From an uncultured Oscillospiraceae bacterium (GTDB lineage Bacteria > Bacillota > Clostridia > Oscillospirales > Oscillospiraceae): 64,000 nucleotides of DNA. The position numbers and the translations under genes are program-made. The notes under the pieces were generated by a model. The model did no database searches and was not told the origin of the DNA. It was given only the letters and a program-made list of their open reading frames with translations. Below are positions 25,753 to 33,984 of the stretch, in pieces (position 1 is the first letter of the stretch; every line of letters begins with the position of its first letter). The stretch covers positions 15,912 through 79,911 of the forward strand of contig CAZTXG010000002.1 of NCBI GenBank assembly GCA_964617335.1. Direction: 5' to 3'.

Positions 25753-26286
25753 TTAGATGGAGTCACAAATCATGCCGTAGCCCCCGTTGTGACGGCGGTA
25801 TACAACGGCAAAGGCGCCGCCTTCGTCTTCGTTTTTGAAGGCGAAAAACTCATGCTCAAGAAGGTTCATCTGGAGGATGGCCTCGTCGGTGCTCATATGC
25901 TTTATGGGGAAGCGCTTTATGCGCACAATGTCAAATTCCTTTTCCTCCGGCTCGCTGATATAGCTTTCGCTGATTTCCCTTTCAAAGGCCCCTTCACGAA
26001 GGCGCTTTTCAAGGCGTGTTTTGTTTTTGCGAATCTGCCTTTCTATGGAAGCACAAGCGGAATCGATGGAAGCGTGCATATCGCCTGTAAGCTCGCTTAC
26101 CCGATAGAAGGTTCCGTTGTTTTCAATGGTGACCTCTGCCCTATATCTGCCCCTTTCGGAGCTGAAAGTTACAAAGGCTTCTGCCTGCCCTCGGAAAAAA
26201 CGGTCTATTTTGCCGACTTTTCTTTCGGCGTATTCTTTTACCTCATCGGATACTTGAATTTTCTTTTCAGTGAAGGTAAATTTCAT
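25753..26286 (-). CDS. hpf: ribosome hibernation-promoting factor (long form)
   Basis: ATG at 26286, 9 nt after AAGGAG. Sequence MKFTFTEKKIQVSDEVKEYAERKVGKIDRFF, plus a C-terminal dimerisation domain (IVRIKRFPIKHMSTDEAILQMNLLEHEFFAF). Confidence 0.9.
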   Translation of the reverse strand: MKFTFTEKKIQVSDEVKEYAERKVGKIDRFFRGQAEAFVTFSSERGRYRAEVTIENNGTFYRVSELTGDMHASIDSACASIERQIRKNKTRLEKRLREGAFEREISESYISEPEEKEFDIVRIKRFPIKHMSTDEAILQMNLLEHEFFAFKNEDEGGAFAVVYRRHNGGYGMICDSI

Positions 26287-26521
26287 ATTGTCCAACTCCT
26301 TCTCTCGGCGAAACGCCCAATGTTTGTAAACGCCTTATACGAATATAAACCAGAGTTTAATTTGCGTTTACTTGGATTAATTATACCATAAAACCCGTTT
26401 AAAACAATAACTAAGTCACAATTTATAAAAATCTACAGTCTGTCCCCGACAGGAGGACAGAGAAAAGAAGGAGACGGAGGGCTATGAAATTAAATACAAA
26501 GCAAATGTAACACAAAACCAG

Positions 26522-26550
26522 TTGACTTTCCTCAAAATTAAACGTAAAAT
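26522..26550 (+). promoter_or_regulatory. sigma-70-type promoter for the MATE gene
   Basis: TTGACT (26522-26527), 17-nt spacer, TAAAAT (26545-26550). Confidence 0.5.
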
Positions 26551-26666
26551 AATTAAGTTAGCCTCTTTGTTTTTAAAACCGAGAAAGGCATTTTTTATTC
26601 TGTGTTTTTCCGGTCAATAACAAAGAAGGCTTTTTTCACCCTAAATACACCACATAGGAGAGTTTT

Positions 26667-28064
26667 ATGTTTGCCTATATGAAGCGCGGCAGGGGTTTTT
26701 ACAGGGATTTATTTTCTCTTGCCCTGCCCATAGTATTTCAAAACTTAATAATGACAGCTCTCGGCATAGTGGATATTTTTATGGTGGGGCTTCTTGGTGA
26801 GGGGCCAATGGCGGCTGTAACTGTTGCAAACACTCCGGTTTTTGTAATTCAGCTTATAGTGTTCGGCCTGCAAAGCGGCTCTGCGGTTTTGATAAGCCAA
26901 TACTGGGGAAAACAAGACAAGGAAGCCATAAATCGTGTTATAGGTATAGGCCTTTACATAGCCGGAGCGATAAGCACGGTATTTGCCTTTGTGATGTTCT
27001 TTTTCCCAAGTCAAATGATGGGGCTTTTCAGCAATAATGAGGAGCTTATCCCCATGGCGGCGGAATACGCAAGGGTTATAGGCTTTGCCTATATTGCCTA
27101 CAGCCTGTTCTCAGTTTATATGGGCGCCCACAGAAGCATGGAAAACCCAAAGCTGGGGCTTATAATATCCGCTGCTGCCATGGTGGTGAATACTTTTTTA
27201 AACTGGGTGCTTATTTTCGGAAAGCTTGGCGCCCCCGCCTTGGGGATTAAGGGAGCGGCAATAGCAACTTTAATCGCCTGTATCGCGGGGCTTATATTCA
27301 CCCTTATACACGTTAAGTTCAGCGGAAGGTTTAAGCTTTCCTTTAAGCTTATATTAAGACCCGGCAAAGCCATGATAAAGGAGTTTTTAAAATACTCCAC
27401 ACCTGTTGTAATAAACGAAACGGCCTGGGGTCTTGGCACTGCCCTATACCCCACCATAATGGGGCATATGGCAAACAGCAAGGAAATTTTAGCTGCCCAT
27501 ACCGTTGCGGGGAATATAGATAAAATTTGCACGGTTGCGGTTTTCGCTGTTGCCGCCACGGCCTCTGTAATAGTGGGCAGGGAAATCGGCAAGGGAAATA
27601 AAGACGAGGTATATGACGTGGGAGCGGCCCTTACAACAGTGTCTTTTGTTATGGGCCTTGCCACAGGGCTTATAATGCTGCTGCTTTTAAAAGTGTTTAT
27701 AGAACCTTTTGTATATCCGCTTTTCGGAATGTCGGCCCTTTCCTCAAACATTGCCAGCATGATGCAAAGAATAACATTTCTCCTTATTGCCGTAAGAGCT
27801 TTTAACACCACAAACGTGGTGGGGGTTTTGCGGGGCGGCGGGGACGTGAAGGCGGCGGCCCTCATAGACATAGCACCCCTGTGGGTAATTGCAATTCCCA
27901 TGGCCGCCATATGCGGGCTTGTTTTAAAGCTTAGTGTTATTTGGGTGGTTCTTGCAAAGGCAGCCGAGGATATTGTTAAATTCAGCATAGGTCTATGGCG
28001 CTTCCGCTCAAAAAAATGGATAAACGATGTCACTATAAAAACAGCAAAGCGTTCGGAGCTTTAG
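26667..28064 (+). CDS. MATE-family efflux transporter
   Basis: 465 aa, ~12 predicted TM segments. N-terminus is LALPIVFQNLIMTALGIVDIFMVGLLG, typical of MatE repeats. Confidence 0.85.
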   Translation: MFAYMKRGRGFYRDLFSLALPIVFQNLIMTALGIVDIFMVGLLGEGPMAAVTVANTPVFVIQLIVFGLQSGSAVLISQYWGKQDKEAINRVIGIGLYIAGAISTVFAFVMFFFPSQMMGLFSNNEELIPMAAEYARVIGFAYIAYSLFSVYMGAHRSMENPKLGLIISAAAMVVNTFLNWVLIFGKLGAPALGIKGAAIATLIACIAGLIFTLIHVKFSGRFKLSFKLILRPGKAMIKEFLKYSTPVVINETAWGLGTALYPTIMGHMANSKEILAAHTVAGNIDKICTVAVFAVAATASVIVGREIGKGNKDEVYDVGAALTTVSFVMGLATGLIMLLLLKVFIEPFVYPLFGMSALSSNIASMMQRITFLLIAVRAFNTTNVVGVLRGGGDVKAAALIDIAPLWVIAIPMAAICGLVLKLSVIWVVLAKAAEDIVKFSIGLWRFRSKKWINDVTIKTAKRSEL

Positions 28065-28088
28065 GGCTTTCCGAACGCTTTACAGCTT

Positions 28089-28151
28089 TAGGGTGTGTTG
28101 ACACAAAATGCGCCAAAATCTGTACATTTCGGATAGTGTCAACACGCCCTA
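28089..28151. repeat. palindromic intergenic element (16-bp arms, 31-nt loop); the left arm is part of a 20-mer repeated at 45627-45646
   Basis: TAGGGTGTGTTGACAC (28089-28104) pairs with GTGTCAACACGCCCTA (28136-28151), with 1 mismatch. It lies between the convergent MATE and ridA genes. Confidence 0.6.
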
Positions 28152-28165
28152 GTAACAGCTACAGC

Positions 28166-28549
28166 TTATATAAAAGCTATGGCTTCAATTTCAATTTTTA
28201 CATCTTTTGGGAGCTTTGCCACTTGAACCGCCGAGCGGGCAGGGTGGTTTTCCGTGAAAAACTCTGCATAAATTGCGTTCATGACCGCAAAGTCATTTAT
28301 ATCCGTTAGGAAAACCGTGGTTTTCACCACGTTTTCAAGGCCTGCGCCTGCCGCCTCTAAAACGGCCTTAAGGTTATTAAGGCTTTGACGGGCCTGAGCC
28401 TCTATGCTGCTTCCGGCAACGCTGCCTGTGGCAGGGTCTATGGGGATTTGACCGGAAATGAAAACTGCCGTTCCTTTGGCGATTATGCCCTGGGAATAGG
28501 GACCTATGGCCGAGGGGGCTTTGTTTGTTGAAACAGGCTTTTTCTCCAT
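28166..28549 (-). CDS. ridA: RidA/YjgF-family reactive-intermediate deaminase
   Basis: 127 aa. [12 protein letters not shown]...GQIPIDP...TTVFL...[22 protein letters not shown] is a typical YjgF/RidA sequence. Confidence 0.85.
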   Translation of the reverse strand: MEKKPVSTNKAPSAIGPYSQGIIAKGTAVFISGQIPIDPATGSVAGSSIEAQARQSLNNLKAVLEAAGAGLENVVKTTVFLTDINDFAVMNAIYAEFFTENHPARSAVQVAKLPKDVKIEIEAIAFI

Positions 28550-28778
28550 AATATTTATTAAACTCCTCTCTCATATAAAGTTTGTACAAAAGGAAGATCC
28601 TAGGGGTGTTTTTAATAAGTATATCACCCTCGGGGCCAAAGATTAAGATGATTTTTCAGGAAGATAAAATATTCTATGTTTTTTTGAGCTTTTAACAGTT
28701 AATGGACGAAGTTTTAGGGCAAGAATACAAAAGCTCATAAAAAAGCCGATTTAAAAGAAATGTATTGCGGGTAAATGC

Positions 28779-28806
28779 TTGAAAATAGCTGAAAGCATGA
28801 TAAAAT
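28779..28806 (+). promoter_or_regulatory. sigma-70-type promoter for htpG
   Basis: TTGAAA (28779-28784), 16-nt spacer, TAAAAT (28801-28806). Confidence 0.45.
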
Positions 28807-28842
28807 AGAGATTACTGTAAATTTTCTTTATATGGGAGGTTT

Positions 28843-30771
28843 ATGCTTACTATGGCAAAAAAACAGTTTAAAACAGAATCAAAAAGAATACTGGACCTGA
28901 TGATAAACTCTATCTACACTCATCAGGAAATTTTTCTAAGAGAGCTTATCTCAAACGCAAGCGATGCCATCGATAAACTTTGCTATCTGTCCCTTACGGA
29001 CGATAATGTAAAGATGGAGCGCTCGGACTTTAAAATAAAGCTGAGTGTATCCGAGGAGGAACGTATAATAAGCGTTTCCGATAACGGCATTGGCATGACA
29101 AAGGAGGATTTGGAAAAAAATCTCGGAGTTATCGCCAGCAGCGGTTCTCTGCGCTTTAAAAATGAGATGGATAAATCCGGCGAGGCCTCGGAGCTTGACA
29201 TTATAGGTCAGTTCGGCGTGGGCTTTTATTCCGCCTTTATGGTTTCCGACAAGGTGACGGTTATATCAAAGGCCTATGGTTCGGAAACGGCCTATAAGTG
29301 GGAAAGCGAAGGCACAGACGGATACACCATTACAGAGTGTGAAAAAGACGGTGTCGGCACAGACATCATCATGAAGATTAAAGAAGACGCGGAAGAAAGT
29401 GAATACACAAGATTTTTAAACGAGATGTCCATAGGGCAGCTTGTTAAAAAATACAGTGACTTTATCCGCTGGCCTATTGTGATGGACGGAATACGGTATG
29501 AGGAAGTTGAAACAGGTGAGCTTGACGAGGACGGAAAGCCCATCATGACAACTGTGGAGGTCCCCGGCGAGGAAACCATAAACAGCATGGTTCCCATCTG
29601 GCAGCTTCCCCGTGAAGAGGTGAGTAAGGAAGAATCCGACGAGTTTTACCAGAACACCTTTTATGATTACACACCCCCCATCAGCACCATCCGTGTAAAC
29701 GCCGAGGGGCAGGTCACCTATAAGGCCATGATTTTCATTCCCGGCAGGGCGCCCTCAAACTTTTTTTCCGACCAATTTGAAGATGGCCTTCAGCTATACA
29801 GCAGCGGTGTAATGGTTATGGACCGCTGCAAAGATGTAATTCCTGACTGCTTCCGCTTTGTCCGCGGCATAGTAGACAGTCTGGATTTCCCCTTAAACAT
29901 CTCCAGAGAAACCTTGCAGCACAGCAGGCAGCTTAAAATTATATCTAACAACCTTGAAAAGAAAATTAAAAACGAGCTTATCCGCCTGATGGACGAGGAA
30001 GCCGAAGAATATGACAAGTTTTATGAGGCCTTCGGCACCCACCTTAAGTATGCTCTTTGCGCCAACTACGGGGAGAAAAAAGAACTGCTGCGTGATCTTA
30101 TGATGTTCTACTCCAGCACTGAAAAAGAGCTTATACCTCTGCGTGAGTATAAGGAAAAGATGCCCGAGGAACAAAAGTTTATTTATTACGTCTGTACAAG
30201 TAGTGTTTTGCAGGCGGAAAACCTTCCCCAGGCCGAGCAGGTCAGGGACCATGGCTATGAAATTCTTTATATGCTTGACGATGAGGACGAGTTTGTCATT
30301 CGTGCCTTAAAGGAACACGAAGGCATCCCCTTCTGCAACATTACAACAGACGATTTGGGCTTTGAAACCGAGGAAGACAAGACGCAAACGGAAAAGCAGG
30401 AGGAAGAAAACCGTGAGCTTTTGGATTTCGTCAAGGAAACTTTGGGCGAGTCCGTTTCCGACGTTAAGCTTAGCACAAAGCTTAAAACTCATCCCGTGTA
30501 TCTTAGCACCCAGGGGGATGTTTCCATTGAGATGGAAAAGTATTTCTCCGTTATGAAAAATAACGAGATGGCTCAGGGTATAAAGGCTCAAAGGGTACTG
30601 GAGCTAAACGCCTCCCACGAAGCTTTTAAGTCTCTTTCCGAGGCCTTTGAAAACGATAAGGAAAGGGCAAAGCTTCTTGCAAAGCTTCTTCACTCTCAGG
30701 CTCTTCTAATTGCGGGGCTGCCTTTAGAAAACCCCTCTGAATATACAGAGCTTGTATGCTCACTTTTCTAA
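28843..30771 (+). CDS. htpG: molecular chaperone HtpG (Hsp90)
   Basis: GHKL ATPase N-terminus (IFLRELISNASDAIDKL, DNGIGMT, GQFGVGFYSAF). 642 aa. The ATG at 28852 is an alternative start. Confidence 0.9.
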   Translation: MLTMAKKQFKTESKRILDLMINSIYTHQEIFLRELISNASDAIDKLCYLSLTDDNVKMERSDFKIKLSVSEEERIISVSDNGIGMTKEDLEKNLGVIASSGSLRFKNEMDKSGEASELDIIGQFGVGFYSAFMVSDKVTVISKAYGSETAYKWESEGTDGYTITECEKDGVGTDIIMKIKEDAEESEYTRFLNEMSIGQLVKKYSDFIRWPIVMDGIRYEEVETGELDEDGKPIMTTVEVPGEETINSMVPIWQLPREEVSKEESDEFYQNTFYDYTPPISTIRVNAEGQVTYKAMIFIPGRAPSNFFSDQFEDGLQLYSSGVMVMDRCKDVIPDCFRFVRGIVDSLDFPLNISRETLQHSRQLKIISNNLEKKIKNELIRLMDEEAEEYDKFYEAFGTHLKYALCANYGEKKELLRDLMMFYSSTEKELIPLREYKEKMPEEQKFIYYVCTSSVLQAENLPQAEQVRDHGYEILYMLDDEDEFVIRALKEHEGIPFCNITTDDLGFETEEDKTQTEKQEEENRELLDFVKETLGESVSDVKLSTKLKTHPVYLSTQGDVSIEMEKYFSVMKNNEMAQGIKAQRVLELNASHEAFKSLSEAFENDKERAKLLAKLLHSQALLIAGLPLENPSEYTELVCSLF

Positions 30772-30876
30772 TGTAAGGGGCGCTTGGGGGCGGGGAAAAA
30801 CCTGCCCCCAAGCCGGATAAAAAGCTTAGAGCGGCAAAAAACAAACTTAAACCAAGGCAAGGAAGGAGCGTGACCC

Positions 30877-32103
30877 ATGGAACGCAGGCTGGGAATATAT
30901 ATCCACATACCCTTTTGCGCGGGAAAGTGCTCATATTGCGATTTTTACTCTCTTGCCGGCATGGATAGTTTTATGCCGAGGTATCAGCAGGCGCTCATAC
31001 GGCATATTGAGGAATCCGCTCCCAATATGGAGCAGTATTATATAGACACGGTGTACTTCGGCGGCGGAACTCCAAGCTATTACGGGGCAAAATATATCTG
31101 CGGCATTTTCAGCGCTCTTAAAAGCTGTGCCAAGGTTTTAAAGTCCTCTGAGATAACTGTGGAAATGAATCCCGAAAGTGTAAAAAGAGAGGATTTGCGC
31201 CTTTTGAAAAGCGAAGGCGTAAATCGGATTTCCCTTGGGGTTCAGTCGGCAAACGACGAAATCTTAAAAATTATCGGCCGCCGCCATAATTTCAGGCAGG
31301 CGGAGCAGGCTGTTAAGCTTATGAGGGCCGAGGGCTTCGACAATATAAGCATGGACCTTATCTACGGCCTTCCCGGGCAGACAAGAAATGACTGGGCAGA
31401 CACTCTTTCAAAGATAATCGCCCTGCGCCCCCAGCACCTTTCCTGTTACGGACTGAAGCTTGAGGAGGGCACGCCCCTTTGCAAATATGAGGGCAGCGAT
31501 TTTTTGCCCACAGATGACGACCAGGCAGATATGTATCTTTATATGACGGATATGCTGGAGCATTACGGCTATCCCCAGTATGAAATTTCAAACTTTGCCA
31601 TGAAGGGCTACCGCTCACGGCACAACCTTAAATATTGGAAGCTGGATGACTATATGGGCTTTGGCCCCGGCGCCCACTCCTGTGTCAGCGGTGTTAGATA
31701 CAGCTATATAAAAGACCTTGAAGGCTACATAAACGGGGTCTTGGAAGGCTCTGAAATAATTGACGAATACGAAAACACAGACAGGCTGGAGCGGGCGGCG
31801 GAATACATCATGCTGGGCATGAGAACCATAAGGGGAATTTCCCGTGAGGAATACAGCAGAGTTTATAGAAGCGGCTTTGACGGCATAGAATATCTTTTGG
31901 GTGAATATGAAAAAAAGGGCTGGACAAAAAGACGGGGCGAGCGCTGGAGCTTTACCTCCTCCGGTTTTCTCCTTTCAAATATGCTTATAGGCACCCTTCT
32001 TGAAGCTCAATCACAGGAAAAAATCAGCGCCAACCCCTGGATAATCGGCGCCGACAATAAGCAGTTGCCTGAGACTCAAGATGACAATGACAATTTAGTA
32101 TAA
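30877..32103 (+). CDS. hemW: radical-SAM HemN-like protein, heme chaperone HemW type
   Basis: GIYIHIPFCAGKCSYCDF (CxxxCxxC) close to the N-terminus. ~400 aa HemN-like fold with GGGTPS. Confidence 0.7.
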   Translation: MERRLGIYIHIPFCAGKCSYCDFYSLAGMDSFMPRYQQALIRHIEESAPNMEQYYIDTVYFGGGTPSYYGAKYICGIFSALKSCAKVLKSSEITVEMNPESVKREDLRLLKSEGVNRISLGVQSANDEILKIIGRRHNFRQAEQAVKLMRAEGFDNISMDLIYGLPGQTRNDWADTLSKIIALRPQHLSCYGLKLEEGTPLCKYEGSDFLPTDDDQADMYLYMTDMLEHYGYPQYEISNFAMKGYRSRHNLKYWKLDDYMGFGPGAHSCVSGVRYSYIKDLEGYINGVLEGSEIIDEYENTDRLERAAEYIMLGMRTIRGISREEYSRVYRSGFDGIEYLLGEYEKKGWTKRRGERWSFTSSGFLLSNMLIGTLLEAQSQEKISANPWIIGADNKQLPETQDDNDNLV

Positions 32104-32161
32104 AACTGCGAAAATATTCGCATAAATATAAAGTTTAAAAAGATAAGGGCGGTGGACTATA

Positions 32162-33922
32162 ATGAAGCTGTTCAGTGATAGATCCGGCGATAACAAGAAA
32201 AAGGCTTCCAAAAAAGCGCCGGCGGCGGCAAAGTCCCGGCCGCCTAAAAAGAGTGCAAAAAAACCTGTGGAAAAAAAGAGTGAGGGCGGAAGGAAAAAGT
32301 TTCTTATAGTGGCGGCTACGGCTGTTTTAGTTCTCTGCGCCGCTTTTTTTGCCCTGGGCGCTTATGCAAACGGTCTTGAAACAATTTTTCCCAAGGTCAG
32401 CATGGAGGGAACAGATTTAGGCGGGCTTAGCCTTTCCGAAGCTGCCGAGGCCCTTTCAAAGGGCGTTTTGGGGGAAGCTGAGGACAGGGAGCTTTTTATT
32501 TCCCTTCCGGCAGACTGTGAAATGGTTTTAAGCGCCAAAGAAGCGGGCTTTTTCATGCCTGCTCCGGAGGCTGCGGTTTTTGCCTATGAAAGCTGCCATA
32601 ACAAGGGATTTTTCGGAAACACCGGCACCTACATAAGGGCGCTTACATCGGGAATAGAGCTTAAAACCTCCGATGGAGCAGAGCCTAATGAGGCTTACAT
32701 CCGCTTAAAAATTCAGGAGGGGGTTCGGGACGCGAACATTGCCCTTATGGAAGAGGACCTTGAAATCGGTGAAGACAGTATAAGCGTTGTTAAAGGAGCC
32801 GGCTCTGTCAGCATAAACGAGGATGAGCTTTTCGAGCTTATTTTTGAAGCTTTTAAACGGGGTGACTATCTGCCCATACGCTATACGGCGGAAAAGCCGG
32901 GCAGCGGAGATGGGGCGGAAATTGACCTGCAAGAGCTTTACGACACAATTTTTCGTGAACCTGTAAACGCCGAGTATGACAAGGAAACAAAGCAGGCCAC
33001 AGAGCATATAGTCGGCAGAAGCTTTGATATGGATTTGGCCCAGAGCATTTGGGACAGAGCCGTAAACGGCGATAAAGTAGTTATCCCCCTCATACTTGAA
33101 GAACCGGAGATAACCACGGAAAAGCTAAACAGTATGCTGTTTTCCGACCTGCTTTCCCAGAAGAGCACATCCCTCGGCGGCAGCAGCGCCGCCAGAGTTA
33201 ACAACATTACAAAGGCTGCCGCAGCTATTAACGGCCTTGTTTTAAACCCCGGGGACGAGTTTTCCTTTAACAAAACCGTTGGCCAGCGCACAGCTTCAGC
33301 AGGCTATCAGGCCGCCGGAGCCTATTCAAACGGAGAGGTTGTTTCGGAAGTCGGCGGAGGAATTTGTCAGGTGTCCTCAACCCTTTATTACTGCAGCCTT
33401 ATAGCAAACCTTGAAATTGTGGAAAGATACTGCCACTACTTCGGAGTAAGCTATTTGCCGGCAGGCCTTGATGCCACAGTAAGCTGGCCCGCGCCGGACT
33501 TTAGGTTTAAAAACAACAGCGATTACCCCATAAAAATTGAAGCCGGTGTAGATACATCAGCATATACCGTTTATATTAAAATATACGGCTCTAACCCTGA
33601 TGGCATAAAAGTGGAAATGACCACAGAGACCTGGGCCACGGCAAACGGATACGGAGCGGTTTCCTATCGCTGGGTTTATGATAAAAACGGAAACCTCATA
33701 AGCAAAAAAGAAGAGGCAAAAAGCCAATACCACTACCAGAAAGAAGCCGAGGAAAGCCCCAGCCCCAGTCCATCCGAGGAGCCTTCACCCTCACCCTCGG
33801 AAAATCCGACTGAGCCAACTCCAACTCCCACACCCACCCCAACACCGACTCCCCCTGAGCCTACGGCACCTGTGGAGCCCACACCGGCTCCTGAGCCTGT
33901 ACCTGTAAATCCGGAGGCCTGA
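32162..33922 (+). CDS. VanW-family protein with a Lys-rich N-terminus, a TM anchor and a Pro/Thr/Ser/Glu-rich C-terminal tail
   Basis: 586 aa. TM segment FLIVAATAVLVLCAAFFALGAYA. VanW core (FSFNKTVGQRT...GGGICQVSSTLY). Tail is SPSPSPSEEPSPSPSENPTEPTPTPTPTPTPTPPEP. Confidence 0.75.
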   Translation: MKLFSDRSGDNKKKASKKAPAAAKSRPPKKSAKKPVEKKSEGGRKKFLIVAATAVLVLCAAFFALGAYANGLETIFPKVSMEGTDLGGLSLSEAAEALSKGVLGEAEDRELFISLPADCEMVLSAKEAGFFMPAPEAAVFAYESCHNKGFFGNTGTYIRALTSGIELKTSDGAEPNEAYIRLKIQEGVRDANIALMEEDLEIGEDSISVVKGAGSVSINEDELFELIFEAFKRGDYLPIRYTAEKPGSGDGAEIDLQELYDTIFREPVNAEYDKETKQATEHIVGRSFDMDLAQSIWDRAVNGDKVVIPLILEEPEITTEKLNSMLFSDLLSQKSTSLGGSSAARVNNITKAAAAINGLVLNPGDEFSFNKTVGQRTASAGYQAAGAYSNGEVVSEVGGGICQVSSTLYYCSLIANLEIVERYCHYFGVSYLPAGLDATVSWPAPDFRFKNNSDYPIKIEAGVDTSAYTVYIKIYGSNPDGIKVEMTTETWATANGYGAVSYRWVYDKNGNLISKKEEAKSQYHYQKEAEESPSPSPSEEPSPSPSENPTEPTPTPTPTPTPTPPEPTAPVEPTPAPEPVPVNPEA

Positions 33923-33984
33923 AGACAAGGCATCTTAAGTTAATAAGGGCACAATTTTACGCCCATAATGGAGGAAGAAATATA

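Noticed and set aside
26483-26509. 8-codon mini-ORF treated as a classical leader peptide for the MATE gene.
   Set aside because: It lies upstream of the best promoter candidate (26522-26550), so it would not be on the MATE mRNA unless another promoter exists. It is kept only as a low-interest note.
27116-28033. 305-aa minus-strand ORF antisense to the MATE transporter. Similar antisense ORFs occur inside metG (33940-34452), ilvB (48817-49350) and hydA (56504-57181, plus strand).
   Set aside because: They are shadow ORFs within confidently identified genes, with no start context and no recognisable motifs.
28550-28842. Search for a CIRCE (TTAGCACTC-N9-GAGTGCTAA) heat-shock operator upstream of htpG.
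   Set aside because: No match was seen. Only a plain sigma-70-type promoter is present.
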